Shown: positions 28,528 to 39,214 of the stretch, one piece after another | Numbering within the stretch: position 1 is the stretch's first letter | Layout: each line of letters begins with the position of its first letter | NCBI GenBank assembly: GCA_018242215.1 | Contig: JAFECG010000019.1 | Location: 547,994-611,993, forward strand | DNA from: Pseudomonadota bacterium | Lineage (GTDB): Bacteria > Pseudomonadota > Alphaproteobacteria > Rhizobiales > Hyphomicrobiaceae | DNA: 64,000 bases | Reading direction: 5' to 3' | Notes under the pieces: generated by a model | The model's database searches: none | Told to the model about the DNA's origin: nothing | What the model saw: the letters and a program-made list of their open reading frames with translations, nothing else | Translations under genes and position numbers: made by a program

Positions 28528-28935
28528 ATGTCCGCGAACGACGATCTTCTCGAAATCCTGAAAGAAGCCCTGGATCGCGCCGGAATCGTGAGCGGGCGGC
28601 GTATGTTCGGCGGTGTCGGCGTCTATTTCGACGGCACGTTCTTCGCCATTATCGACGACGGCGCGATTTTTTTCAAAACGTCCGCTGAGACACAGCTGGC
28701 GTTCGAGGCTGAAGGCTCGCGGCCGTTTTCTTATCAGACGAAATCGGGCGAGACGCATCTGACCTCTTACTGGCGGCTGCCGGAGCGTCTTCTCGACGAA
28801 GTGGATGAATTGCGCGAGTGGGCGTGCGCTTCAATCGCTGCTTCCCGCGATGCAGCGGCCAAGCGGCGAAAACCACCAATCACAAAGGCCGAAGCGGCGC
28901 GAAAGACGAAATCGGCGCGACGTTCGTCCCGGTGA
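28528..28935 (+). CDS. TfoX N-terminal domain protein
   Basis: The product reads RRMFGGVGVYFDGTFFAIIDDGAIFFKT...SYWRLPERLLDE and ends in a basic tail. The start is ATG 28528. Confidence 0.7.
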   Translation: MSANDDLLEILKEALDRAGIVSGRRMFGGVGVYFDGTFFAIIDDGAIFFKTSAETQLAFEAEGSRPFSYQTKSGETHLTSYWRLPERLLDEVDELREWACASIAASRDAAAKRRKPPITKAEAARKTKSARRSSR

Positions 28936-29022
28936 ATGTTGATCCTCGGTATAAAGCCGAGGGTGACTGGTTGGGGAGCGAGCCGACGCGGCGGCCCTGA
29001 GCGCTCCCCAAACGAAGACCGA

Positions 29023-30654
29023 TCAGCCCCGGCCAGGGACTTTCATCGGGCGCGCGGGTCTGCGCATAAAGGCCGGAACGTTTTCCGCAAATCCCAACCG
29101 TTCTCCGCCCTTCTGCTGGGCGGGCGGCGGAGATTTGCGCGCCTGTTCGGGAGCCGCCTGGCGCTTTTCCGGTGTGCGCTCGGAGCGACGGACTGGTTTT
29201 GGCTCGTCCGTCCAGGTGTCGACCGTTGGCTGCTCATTGGAGGGCTTTGCCCGCTGTGCCTGCGCGCGCTGGGGCGGTGCCGACGGGCGACCACTCTGCT
29301 GCGCGCGAGGCTGTTCGGTGCGGCCTGAGGCCGGCCGAGCTTCTGCGTCGTCCCGTGGGGCGGGACCTCGCCTGTCGGCGGAGGGTTTCTGCTCGCGACG
29401 GCCGGCTTGAGACCCGCGCTCCGGCCTGGCTGACTTTTCGCGTCCGCCCGCGGCATGTCCATGGCTGCGACCGCCGCGACCTCGGCGTCGCTTGCCGGCT
29501 CCGGCAATGTCTTCCTCCGATGGCGGTTCGCCAAGCCAGACGGCGGTTTCGGCGGTGACCTTTTCGATGTCTTTGACGAACTTCAGGTCATCGGGGCTGA
29601 CCAAGGAGACTGAATGGCCCTCATGTCCGGCGCGTCCCGTACGGCCGATGCGATGGACGTAATCATCGGCTGCCCACGGAAGGTCGAAGTTGAAGACGTG
29701 GGACACTTCAGGGATATCCAGGCCGCGGGCCGCGACGTCGGAGGCCGCCAACAACATGATCTCGCCGTTGCGGAACTTGTCGAGCGTCTCCATCCGGCTT
29801 GCCTGATCCATGTCGCCATGGAGAGCGCCAGCATTGAATCCGTGTTTCGTGAGTGATTTGAAGAGGACAGCGACGTCGCGCTTGCGGTTGCAGAAGATGA
29901 TGGCGTTCTTGACGTTGCCGTTGCGGATCAGATCGCGGAGGACCTCGCGCTTAGCCCAATCCTCGCCGTTCGGACAGTAAACGAAGCGCTGTGTAATGGT
30001 TTTCGCCGTTGTCGCCGGTTTGGCAACCTCGATGCGTTCCGGATTGTTAAGGAACTGGTTGACGAGGCGCGTGATCTCGGGCGGCATCGTCGCCGAGAAA
30101 AACAGCGTCTGGCGGCGCGGGGGCAGCAGCTTGCAGATTTTTTCGATGTCCGGGATGAAGCCCATGTCGAGCATGCGGTCGGCTTCGTCGATCACCAGGA
30201 TCTCGACGCCCATCAACATCACGCGACCGCGGCCGAAATGGTCGAGCAGGCGGCCGGGCGTTGCGATCAGCACGTCGACGCCGCGATCGAGCTTTTTCAC
30301 CTGATCGTCCATCGAAACGCCGCCGATGAGCAGCGCGAGCGACAGCTTGTGATTGACCCCATATTTTTCGAAGCTTTGTGCCACCTGCGCGGCAAGTTCT
30401 CGAGTCGGCGCGAGGATCAGGGAGCGGGGCATTCGCGCTCGCGCCCGACCGGTTTCGAGGCGCGTGATCATCGGAAGGACGAACGATGCCGTTTTGCCGG
30501 TGCCCGTCTGGGCAATGCCGAGGACGTCTCGGCCGGTGACGGCGACGGGTATCGCGGCGGCTTGAATTGGGGTTGGCGCGACGTAACCCGCAGCCGTAAT
30601 GGCTGCCTGGACCTTGGGCGAAAGCCCGAGGTCAGCGAACGTCTTGGTTTCCAA
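29023..30654 (-). CDS. rhlE: DEAD-box ATP-dependent RNA helicase (RhlE-like) with an Arg/Gly/Pro-rich tail
   Basis: The motifs are the Q motif TPIQ, AQTGTGKT, VIDEADRM, SAT and HRIGRTGRAG. I moved the start to TTG at complement 30652-30654 (METKTFADLG), with GGAGA 9 nt upstream. Confidence 0.85.
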   Translation of the reverse strand: METKTFADLGLSPKVQAAITAAGYVAPTPIQAAAIPVAVTGRDVLGIAQTGTGKTASFVLPMITRLETGRARARMPRSLILAPTRELAAQVAQSFEKYGVNHKLSLALLIGGVSMDDQVKKLDRGVDVLIATPGRLLDHFGRGRVMLMGVEILVIDEADRMLDMGFIPDIEKICKLLPPRRQTLFFSATMPPEITRLVNQFLNNPERIEVAKPATTAKTITQRFVYCPNGEDWAKREVLRDLIRNGNVKNAIIFCNRKRDVAVLFKSLTKHGFNAGALHGDMDQASRMETLDKFRNGEIMLLAASDVAARGLDIPEVSHVFNFDLPWAADDYVHRIGRTGRAGHEGHSVSLVSPDDLKFVKDIEKVTAETAVWLGEPPSEEDIAGAGKRRRGRGGRSHGHAAGGREKSARPERGSQAGRREQKPSADRRGPAPRDDAEARPASGRTEQPRAQQSGRPSAPPQRAQAQRAKPSNEQPTVDTWTDEPKPVRRSERTPEKRQAAPEQARKSPPPAQQKGGERLGFAENVPAFMRRPARPMKVPGRG

Positions 30655-31277
30655 AAGCAGGTATCTCCATCTGCACACAGGCTCAGGTGTCCGGCGCAGG
30701 GCGCCAGACAGTCTTCGTAAGAGCGCAGGGGGACGGGTGCCGAAAGGACCTAAGCCAAATAGGAGTGCGGATCAAAAAGCATCAAAAAATGCGTAAATCG
30801 ATCCCCTGCGCTCCGGCACGCTCGCGTGCTCGCATACATCTTGAAGAATCGCAAGGAAAACCGACCGGTTTTTACCTCTTAATCCGCGAGGTTCTGTCAC
30901 AGGTGGCCAGCTGAGCCGCAAATTGGCGGTGTCTTCCGGTGCAGTGCCGCATGATGAAAGATTTAAGATGGCGGCATCGGATCAGGATCTCGCGAAGGGC
31001 GCTGATCGCGTTGGCGGCCTGCGGCCCGAATGTAAGGACTGCGATTTCCTGCTGCGGATCAGGAAAATTGCAATTCCATCAATGCGAAACAGTGCGGGAA
31101 TGGAGCATTAATTCGGTATTACGGCGAAGCAGGGCTTATTTGTCGTATCAAAGAAATTGTCTTTCTGAACGATAATCCCTGCCGTAGATTCTGGCGCGTC
31201 GTCGTCGGCTACGGTCCGGATATTTGTGCCAGCCGAACAGATGGCGCTGCATCTGCTTCGCGTTGGCGCCGTGAGTG

Positions 31278-32717
31278 ATGCCGGACAATGGATATTCGCA
31301 AGGACTTCGGGCGATGACAGTGAATGCTGGTTCCGCGGCGGACGGTTTAACCGCCCGCGAGGTTAAGGCCCCTGCATCAGGGTCGCGTCCGAGAGGAGTA
31401 CGACGCGGGGAAGTCATCCGGGAACTCAAGAAGCGCGACAATTACACGAACTTCGCGCACATCGCGTTCGTCTACCTCGTCATCATTGCATCGATCGGCA
31501 TCACGATCTGGAGCTACGGCGCCGTCGCGGCGGCCGGACTCGGATGGTGGTGGGACATTCCGATGACGCTGCTGTGCATCGCTGCGGTCGGCGCTTCGCA
31601 ACATCAGTTCGGTGGCGTCATCCACGAGGGGACCCATTTCACGCTATTCGAAAACAAGATCATGAACGAGCTGGTGTCCGATTGGCTCGGCGGATTTCCG
31701 ATCTATACGTCGACCTTCCAATACCGGCTTCATCATCTGGCGCACCATCAGTTCATCAATGATCCGCTGCGCGATCCCGACTGGGCGCAGCTCAACGAAA
31801 GCGGGCACGATCTCGATTTTCCGATCACGCATCTCGACATGCTGAAGGAACTCGGCAAGCAGCTCTGGCTGCCGAATTTATTCCGCTACATGATCGTGCG
31901 CGCGCGCTACAGCGCACTTGGGACGGATAACAACCCGTACATGGATCGCGAGCGTAAAGGCGAGAGATTGCCAACGACCGCGGGCGTGATCTACGCGATC
32001 CTGGCACCGGCTGCGGCCATCACTTTGATCAAGACTGGACATGGCGCATGGGCGTTCGCGGCGATCGCCGCACTCACGGCGATCGTGGTCGCGTATTTCT
32101 ATTTTCTCGATGAAGACAAGCTGCCCCACGCGCACGTCGAAACGGTCATCTCTCATCGCGCGACCAATATCAGCCGCATCGTTTACATGGCGATCATGTA
32201 CTCGGCGTTGACGACCGTCGAAGTCGCGGGATGGGGCCCGGCGTGGGCCTATTTCGGCTTGCTCTGGATCCTGCCACTGTTCACGGCGTTTCCACTCTTC
32301 ATGATCATGCGCCAGTGGGTGCAGCACGGAAACGCAGATCGCGGGCGCTATACAAACACGCGCGTGTTTCTGGTCAATCCGTTCATTCGCTATGCGGTTT
32401 TTCCGTTCGGCATGGACTATCACCTGCCGCATCATATCTACGCATCAGTGCCGCACTACAAACTGAAGGCTTTGCACGAGCTGCTGCTGCAGGATCCCGA
32501 GTACGAGGAAAAGGGGATCGTCGTAGAGGGCTATTTCAACTCGCCGCATGGTAAGGTCGAAGATCGCAATCCGACGGTTATCGAAGTGCTCGGCGAAAAA
32601 TATGCGCCGAAAGCCGACGGCGAGGTCTACGTCGATACCGATACACTCGAATATGCGAAGGTCAGCGACGCGGCTGCGATCCAGCGAGAGAACGAAGCCT
32701 CTGTGCGCGGGGAATAG
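31278..32717 (+). CDS. Membrane fatty-acid desaturase family protein
   Basis: The histidine boxes are HEGTH, HHLAHH and LPHHIY, with several TM helices. The start is uncertain: ATG 31278 or 31314. Confidence 0.75.
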   Translation: MPDNGYSQGLRAMTVNAGSAADGLTAREVKAPASGSRPRGVRRGEVIRELKKRDNYTNFAHIAFVYLVIIASIGITIWSYGAVAAAGLGWWWDIPMTLLCIAAVGASQHQFGGVIHEGTHFTLFENKIMNELVSDWLGGFPIYTSTFQYRLHHLAHHQFINDPLRDPDWAQLNESGHDLDFPITHLDMLKELGKQLWLPNLFRYMIVRARYSALGTDNNPYMDRERKGERLPTTAGVIYAILAPAAAITLIKTGHGAWAFAAIAALTAIVVAYFYFLDEDKLPHAHVETVISHRATNISRIVYMAIMYSALTTVEVAGWGPAWAYFGLLWILPLFTAFPLFMIMRQWVQHGNADRGRYTNTRVFLVNPFIRYAVFPFGMDYHLPHHIYASVPHYKLKALHELLLQDPEYEEKGIVVEGYFNSPHGKVEDRNPTVIEVLGEKYAPKADGEVYVDTDTLEYAKVSDAAAIQRENEASVRGE

Positions 32718-32744
32718 GCGCCATTTTGCGAATAGAGACCTGCC

Positions 32745-34751
32745 TTAAATATCCAGATCCTTGGCGAAGGCGGCGTTCTCCTGGATGAAACGGAAACGTG
32801 CTTCCGGCTTCGAGCCCATCAACGCATTCACGACTTCCGATAGGCCTTCACGCGCGCCTTCGGCGATGGCGACGCGCAGAAGTGTGCGACGTTTCTTGTC
32901 CATCGTTGTTTCCTTGAGGTCTTTGAAGTCCATTTCGCCCAAACCTTTAAAGCGGGTGACTTTGGGCTTTTTGTTCTTGAAATGCGTCTCGAGAAGCTGA
33001 TCGCGGTGGACTTCGTTGCGGGCATAGGCCACGTCGGCCTTATCCGAGATTTTATAGAGCGGCGGCACGGCCAGGAAGAGGTGGCCATTCTCGACGAGCT
33101 CCGGCATCTCCTGATAGAAGAACGTGATCAGCAACGACGCGATGTGCGCGCCGTCGACGTCGGCGTCGGTCATTACGATGACGCGCTCGTAGCGCAAGTC
33201 TTCGTCGCGATATTTGGTTCCGGTGCCGACGCCGAGCGCCTGGATCAGATCGGCGAGAAGCTGGTTCTGCGATAGCTTTGCCGATGACGCATTGGCGACG
33301 TTCAGGATTTTACCGCGCAAGGGAAGAATGGCCTGGGTCTCGCGGTCGCGGGCGCTCTTGGCGCTGCCGCCTGCGGAGTCACCTTCGACGATGAAGATTT
33401 CGGTGCCGGCGGCCTGCTGGATCGAGCAGTCGGCAAGCTTGCCAGGAAGGCGCAATTTGCGCGTCGCCGATTGGCGGCCGACTTCTTTCTCGCGGCGACG
33501 CTTCAGGCGCTCTTCGGACTGATCGATCGTCCATTCGAGAAGCTTTGTCGCCTGCTGGGGCGAATCCGCGAGCCAATGATCGAAGGCATCACGGACGGCC
33601 GTTTCGACGATTTTGGTCGCCTCGACGGTTGCGAGCTTGTCTTTGGTCTGGCCCTGGAATTCAGGCTCGCGGATGAAGACCGACAGCATCGAGGCCGCAG
33701 TTCCCATCACGTCCTCGGACGTGATCTGCTGAGCTTTCTTGGCGCCGACCAGCTCGCCGTAAGCGCGCAGCCCCTTGTAAAGGGCCTGGCGCAAGCCGTT
33801 CTCGTGTGTGCCGCCTTCCGCCGTCGGGATCGTGTTGCAATAGGATGACGAGAAGCCGTCCTCGTCGGCAATCCATGCGACCGCCCATTCGACCGAGCCG
33901 TGCCCGGCGTCCTTTTCGACGCGGCCTGAAAAGATATCCTTGGTGACGCGCGTCTGGCCCTCGATCGATGATGTGAGATAATCGCTGAGGCCGCCAGGGA
34001 AATGGAAGACGGCTTCGGCGGGCGTATCGTCTTTGATGAGTTCGGGCGCGCACTTCCAGCGGATCTCGACGCCGCCGAAAAGGTAAGCCTTCGAGCGCGC
34101 CATTTTCATCAGGCGTGCCGGCTTGAATGCAGCGCCTTTGCCGAAGATCTTTTCGTCCGGCTTGAAGCGCGTTTTCGTGCCGCGCCGATTCATGATCGAG
34201 CCGAGCTTTTCAAGCTTGGTCTGCGGCTCGCCGCGAGAGAACACCATGCGGTAAAGCTGTTGGTCGCGGGCAACTTGGACTTCGAGCGTTTCGGACAGAG
34301 CGTTGACGACCGAGACGCCGACGCCGTGTAGACCGCCCGAGGTATTGTAGGCCTTGGAATCGAACTTGCCGCCGGCGTGCAGGACCGTCATGACAACTTC
34401 GAGCGCGCTTTTGTTCTTGTATTTCGGGTGCGGTCCCACGGGAATGCCGCGGCCGTTGTCCGTGACGGTCAGAAAGCCGTCTGCCGACAGTTCGACCTCG
34501 ATCCACGTCGCGTGGCCGGCCACGGCTTCGTCCATCGAGTTGTCGATCACCTCGGCAAAGAGGTGATGCATGGCCTTTTCATCGGTGCCGCCGATATACA
34601 TGCCAGGGCGACGGCGTACCGGCTCCAGGCCTTCGAGCACCTCGATATCGTGCTCGCTGTAAGCGGCATCGACAGATTTGCGGGCACGCGACGATTTTTC
34701 AGCCATTTCGAATTCGAATTCCGGAAAGAGGTCAGTTTGCGATCGGCTCAT
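32745..34751 (-). CDS. parE: DNA topoisomerase IV subunit B
   Basis: The GHKL ATPase region is EVIDNSMDEA and DNGRGIP, and the TOPRIM region is IVEGDSAGGSAK. The length of about 670 aa fits ParE rather than GyrB. I moved the start to the ATG at complement 34749-34751 (MSRSQTDLF). Confidence 0.85.
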   Translation of the reverse strand: MSRSQTDLFPEFEFEMAEKSSRARKSVDAAYSEHDIEVLEGLEPVRRRPGMYIGGTDEKAMHHLFAEVIDNSMDEAVAGHATWIEVELSADGFLTVTDNGRGIPVGPHPKYKNKSALEVVMTVLHAGGKFDSKAYNTSGGLHGVGVSVVNALSETLEVQVARDQQLYRMVFSRGEPQTKLEKLGSIMNRRGTKTRFKPDEKIFGKGAAFKPARLMKMARSKAYLFGGVEIRWKCAPELIKDDTPAEAVFHFPGGLSDYLTSSIEGQTRVTKDIFSGRVEKDAGHGSVEWAVAWIADEDGFSSSYCNTIPTAEGGTHENGLRQALYKGLRAYGELVGAKKAQQITSEDVMGTAASMLSVFIREPEFQGQTKDKLATVEATKIVETAVRDAFDHWLADSPQQATKLLEWTIDQSEERLKRRREKEVGRQSATRKLRLPGKLADCSIQQAAGTEIFIVEGDSAGGSAKSARDRETQAILPLRGKILNVANASSAKLSQNQLLADLIQALGVGTGTKYRDEDLRYERVIVMTDADVDGAHIASLLITFFYQEMPELVENGHLFLAVPPLYKISDKADVAYARNEVHRDQLLETHFKNKKPKVTRFKGLGEMDFKDLKETTMDKKRRTLLRVAIAEGAREGLSEVVNALMGSKPEARFRFIQENAAFAKDLDI

Positions 34752-34927
34752 CGGCAAGCCCTCAAGTCGTACACTGGCGTGACCACGCGTTCGGAGCGAA
34801 GCGGCGGGGGACGCATGACGGCTCAAGCCGCTGAAGCGAATCTTTGCAGGCTTCTTATAGCCCGAGGCGGCCGGCTGCTACCATGGCGTTTCAACCTTGT
34901 TGCGGCCCGGCCACGCGCGGGCTGGGA

Positions 34928-35779
34928 TCAGACTGCGACGTTATCGATCAACCGCGTCTTGCCGAGCCAACACGCCGCGAGGACGCGTAAGGGCCGGCCA
35001 CTTGCGGTTGCTGCGGGGTCGAGTGTTTCGGCGTCGCGAACCTCTAGGTAGTCGACTTTCGCGAAGCCAGCGGACGCGAGCTTTCTTTTGGCAGCGGTGA
35101 CGGCCGATGGAATGTCCGCGCCTGCCGCGACTTCCGCTGCGAGAGCCGAGATCACGGCATAGAGCGCCGGTGCGATCTTGCGTTCGGCCTCCGACAGATA
35201 GGCATTGCGCGAGGAAAGCGCCAGTCCATCAGCATCACGTTTGGTTGGCACGCCGATTAATTTCACCGGGATGTCGAGGTCGCGAACCATCTGGCGAAGC
35301 ACGGTAAACTGTTGAAAATCCTTTTCCCCGAAAAATGCGACGTTGGGGGTTACCTGGTTGAAAAGCTTGGCGCACACAGTCGTGACGCCGTCGAAATGAT
35401 GCGGGCGGAACGCGCCCTCGAGGTCTTTCGCGGTGCTGCCCGCACGGACACTGGTCGAAAAACCTTCCGGGTACATCTCCGCGACGTTCGGTGCCCAGAC
35501 GAGATCGGTGTCAGCATCGAGGAGCTTTTTGAGGTCACCTGCTTCGTCGCGCGGGTAGCGCGAGAGATCCTCATTCGGGGCGAACTGGGTCGGATTGACA
35601 AAGATCGACACGACGGCTCGATCGGTCTTTTTCTTCGCCTGCTTGACGAGCGAGATATGGCCGGCATGGAGCGCGCCCATTGTCGGGACAAGCCCGATCG
35701 TGTGGCCGCGATCGCGCCATTCGGCGGTGATCTTTCTCAGGTCATGAACGGTGCGGACAATTTTGACGATATCGGACAA
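34928..35779 (-). CDS. panC: Pantoate--beta-alanine ligase
   Basis: The product contains PTMGALHAGHISLV (HxGH) and is 283 aa long, typical of PanC. Confidence 0.95.
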   Translation of the reverse strand: MSDIVKIVRTVHDLRKITAEWRDRGHTIGLVPTMGALHAGHISLVKQAKKKTDRAVVSIFVNPTQFAPNEDLSRYPRDEAGDLKKLLDADTDLVWAPNVAEMYPEGFSTSVRAGSTAKDLEGAFRPHHFDGVTTVCAKLFNQVTPNVAFFGEKDFQQFTVLRQMVRDLDIPVKLIGVPTKRDADGLALSSRNAYLSEAERKIAPALYAVISALAAEVAAGADIPSAVTAAKRKLASAGFAKVDYLEVRDAETLDPAATASGRPLRVLAACWLGKTRLIDNVAV

Positions 35780-35945
35780 AGTTCGGCCTCGGCGCGGTTT
35801 TCGGCAGAGGTGCCGAGATTAGGAGCGAGCCGTCAAGGGGATAAGGGGACGCCTGCGTTCAGGGAGGGAAGCGCAGGCGAGGCCTATCTGCTAATATCCA
35901 TTAACGGGCGAATCGCATCGGGCGCCCACTATCAGCGGGAACGGT

Positions 35946-38900
35946 ATGGTCGCGACATTGCGGCGTGAGGATAGCGTGACACAGCGGGGTCTCCCGTTCC
36001 GGGATGAGTTCGCAACCCAATATCTGATGGATGAGCAGCGGCTCGTCGGAGCGCTGATCGAGCGCGCGTTTTTCACCGAAGACGAGCGCCGCCGCACCGC
36101 CGACATCGCGCGGCGACTTGTTCACACCGCACGCAGCGACAAGGCGAGCCACGCAGGTGTCGACGCCTTCATGCACGAATATGGCTTGGCGACGGACGAG
36201 GGGGTGATCCTCATGTGCCTCGCTGAAGCGCTTCTGCGCATTCCGGATGCGGAAACGGCGAATGCCTTCATTGCCGACAAGATTTCCGGCGGCGCCTGGG
36301 AAAAACATCGTGGGCATTCCGACAATCTGTTCGTCAATGCATCGACATGGGGCTTGATGCTGACGGGCCGGATCATGCGGCTCAAGGAAGCGAAAGGCGC
36401 CAATCCGCTGCAGGCGATGAAGCGGCTCGTGGCGCGTTCGGGCGAGGGCACGATCCGGCTTGCGGTTCGCCACGCGGTGAAGCTGCTTGGCGAGCAATTC
36501 GTGCTCGGCCCCACGATCGAAAGCGCATTGGCGCGTGCGCGATCATACGAGGAGAAGGGATACCGGTTTTCCTACGACATGTTGGGAGAGACGGCGCGAT
36601 CGGAGCAAGACGCCGAACGCTATTTCCAGCGCTACATGGCGGCGATCGATGTTGTCGGCGCTGGGGCGGGACCGTTCGCGACGCAGCACGCCGATGCGAT
36701 TTTCGCGCGGCCTTCGATTTCGTTGAAGCTTTCGGCCCTGCATCCCCGCTTCGAACCCGGAAAGGAAAAGCGTTTACGCGCGGAACTCGGACCGCGTCTG
36801 CTGACGCTTGCGCGGGCGGCGCGAGCGAAAGGCCTCGGGTTGACCGTCGATGCAGAAGAACAGGACCGGCTCGATATTACGGCCGACCTTTTCGGTGAAA
36901 CGCTGATCAACCCGCAACTCGACGGATGGAACGGGCTTGGCATCGCCGTCCAGGCCTACGGCAAGCGCGCGATCCCGATGCTGCGCTGGCTCAGGCGTCT
37001 CTCCGAACAGACCGGAAAGCGTATTCCGGTGCGACTGGTCAAAGGCGCTTATTGGGACAGCGAGATCAAATGGGCGCAGGAGCGCGGGCTCGAGGATTAC
37101 CCTGTCTTCTCACGCAAGCTGCACACTGACGTTTCCTATCTCGCCGCGATGCGGCTCTTGATCTCCGATCCGGTCGCGTTTTTTCCGCAGTTCGCGACCC
37201 ATAACGCTCATACGATCGCGGCGGCCGCAGTCGCCGGCGGCGCGGTTGAATTCGAATATCAGCGGCTCCACGGCATGGGCGAAGCGCTTTACGAGCAAAT
37301 CGTCGGAGAGGGCAAGTTCGGACGCGTGTGCCGGATCTATGCGCCGGTGGGTGGCCACGAAGATCTGCTTGGCTATCTCGTTCGGCGTCTGCTCGAGAAC
37401 GGTGCGAACACGTCGTTCGTCAATCGGCTGGGCGATGAGGAAACGCCGATCTCCGAGATCATTGCCGATCCCGTCGAGATTGCCGATCACGAATTCAGTT
37501 CAGGCGAGCGGCCAAAGCTGATCGCACGGCCGCGCGACATCTTTTTGCCGGAGCGCAAAAACAGCGCTGGACTTGCTCTCACTGAGTTGAGCGTGCGGAA
37601 CGCACTGCAGAACGATCTCGTCAAGGTTCTGAAAACGCCTTTTGCGGCAGGGCCGATCATCAACGGCTTGGCGACTACCGGCGGAGAATCGGCAAGCGTC
37701 GGCGTTTCGCCGCACGATCACCGGGACAAAATCGGTACGGTGCGTCTTGCCACGCCGCAGCATCTCGAAGATGCGATTGCGTCGGCGAAGAAGGCATGTT
37801 CGCGCTGGGAAAAGACGGATGCCGCGGAGCGCGCTCGCATCCTGGAAGCCGCGGCCGATCTTTTCGAGCGGGATCGCCCCCTGTTGATGGCTGCGCTCAT
37901 TCGCGAGGCCGGCAAAACGATCGAGGCAGCGCATTCGGAAGTCCGTGAGGCCGTCGATTACCTGCGCTACTACGCGATCGAGGCACGCCGTCTCTTTTCG
38001 GATTCCACGTTTCTCAAGGGTCCGACAGGCGAAGAGAATACGCTGACGCTTCGCGGTCGCGGCGTTTTCGGCTGTATTTCGCCATGGAATTTTCCGATCG
38101 CGATCTTCACCGGTCAGGTTGCGGCGGCGCTCGCGGCCGGAAACGCGGTCGTCGCGAAGCCCGCAGAACAGGCGCCGGTCTCGGGATTCCTCGCGGTGAA
38201 ATTGTTGCACGAAGCGGGCGTGCCTCGTGACGTTTTGCAGTTTGTGACGGGCGGGGGCAAGCTCGGCGATGCGCTCGTCAAAGATGCGCGCATACAAGGC
38301 ATTGCCTTTACTGGCTCGAACGAGACTGCGTGGTCCATACAGCGCGCGCTTGCCGATCGCCGGTCTGCCATTGTGCCGTTCATCGCAGAGACGGGGGGCA
38401 TCAATGCGATGATCGCGGACTCCTCCGCGTTGCCGGAGCAGGTCGTGCGGGATGCCGTGCGGTCGGCATTCGACAGCGCCGGGCAACGATGCTCGGCTGC
38501 GCGCATCCTTTTCGTGCAGGACGATAATGCCCCGCGCATCCGATCGTTGCTGGCGGGCGCTATCGAGGCGCTGGACGTCGGCGATCCCCTCGATTACGCG
38601 ACGGATATTGGCCCGGTCATCGACGAAGCGGCGCAGGACAATCTCGAGAGCCACAAGGTTTTCATGCAGCGTGAGGGCCGCGAGATCATCGATATCGCTA
38701 TGCCGGAAGCATGTCGCGTCGGAACTTACGTCACGCCAGCGCTTTACGAAATCGACCGGCTCGATCGTCTGCAGAGCGAAGTCTTCGGCCCTATTCTCCA
38801 CATGATCCGCTATGAGCGCGGACACCTCGATAAGGTCGTCGCGGCACTCAACGCCACTGGGTTCGGGTTGACGCTCGGGCTTCACAGCCGCATCGAAAGC

Positions 38901-39128
38901 GTCGCCGACTATGTCGCGGAGAACGCGCATGTCGGCAATCTCTACGTCAACCGCAATCAGATCGGGGCCGTCGTCGGCGTGCAGCCTTTTGGAGGGGAGG
39001 GGCTTTCGGGCACCGGGCCGAAGGCGGGCGGACCGCATTATCTCGCGCGCTTCGCGACGGAGCGGACGCGATCGACTGATATCACCGCGACAGGCGGGAA
39101 TTACACGCTTTTGAGCGGAAAGGGCTAG
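35946..39128 (+). CDS. putA: Bifunctional proline dehydrogenase / 1-pyrroline-5-carboxylate dehydrogenase
   Basis: The 1060-aa product has an N-terminal PRODH barrel and a C-terminal aldehyde dehydrogenase region (FGCISPWNFPIAIF...AETGGINAM...GQRCSA). Confidence 0.95.
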   Translation: MVATLRREDSVTQRGLPFRDEFATQYLMDEQRLVGALIERAFFTEDERRRTADIARRLVHTARSDKASHAGVDAFMHEYGLATDEGVILMCLAEALLRIPDAETANAFIADKISGGAWEKHRGHSDNLFVNASTWGLMLTGRIMRLKEAKGANPLQAMKRLVARSGEGTIRLAVRHAVKLLGEQFVLGPTIESALARARSYEEKGYRFSYDMLGETARSEQDAERYFQRYMAAIDVVGAGAGPFATQHADAIFARPSISLKLSALHPRFEPGKEKRLRAELGPRLLTLARAARAKGLGLTVDAEEQDRLDITADLFGETLINPQLDGWNGLGIAVQAYGKRAIPMLRWLRRLSEQTGKRIPVRLVKGAYWDSEIKWAQERGLEDYPVFSRKLHTDVSYLAAMRLLISDPVAFFPQFATHNAHTIAAAAVAGGAVEFEYQRLHGMGEALYEQIVGEGKFGRVCRIYAPVGGHEDLLGYLVRRLLENGANTSFVNRLGDEETPISEIIADPVEIADHEFSSGERPKLIARPRDIFLPERKNSAGLALTELSVRNALQNDLVKVLKTPFAAGPIINGLATTGGESASVGVSPHDHRDKIGTVRLATPQHLEDAIASAKKACSRWEKTDAAERARILEAAADLFERDRPLLMAALIREAGKTIEAAHSEVREAVDYLRYYAIEARRLFSDSTFLKGPTGEENTLTLRGRGVFGCISPWNFPIAIFTGQVAAALAAGNAVVAKPAEQAPVSGFLAVKLLHEAGVPRDVLQFVTGGGKLGDALVKDARIQGIAFTGSNETAWSIQRALADRRSAIVPFIAETGGINAMIADSSALPEQVVRDAVRSAFDSAGQRCSAARILFVQDDNAPRIRSLLAGAIEALDVGDPLDYATDIGPVIDEAAQDNLESHKVFMQREGREIIDIAMPEACRVGTYVTPALYEIDRLDRLQSEVFGPILHMIRYERGHLDKVVAALNATGFGLTLGLHSRIESVADYVAENAHVGNLYVNRNQIGAVVGVQPFGGEGLSGTGPKAGGPHYLARFATERTRSTDITATGGNYTLLSGKG

Positions 39129-39144
39129 TTCGCATCGGCAACAC

Positions 39145-39180
39145 CGTCATGCCGACCTTCGTCGGCATGACGTAGTTTTG
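39145..39180. terminator. Rho-independent terminator between putA and the convergent cupin gene
   Basis: The 12-bp stem is cgtcatgccgac(39145-39156), loop cttc, gtcggcatgacg(39161-39172), followed by tagttttg. Confidence 0.65.
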
Positions 39181-39214
39181 GAGTAAAGCGCTGGCGCGAG
39201 CTGCGCAGGGATAA

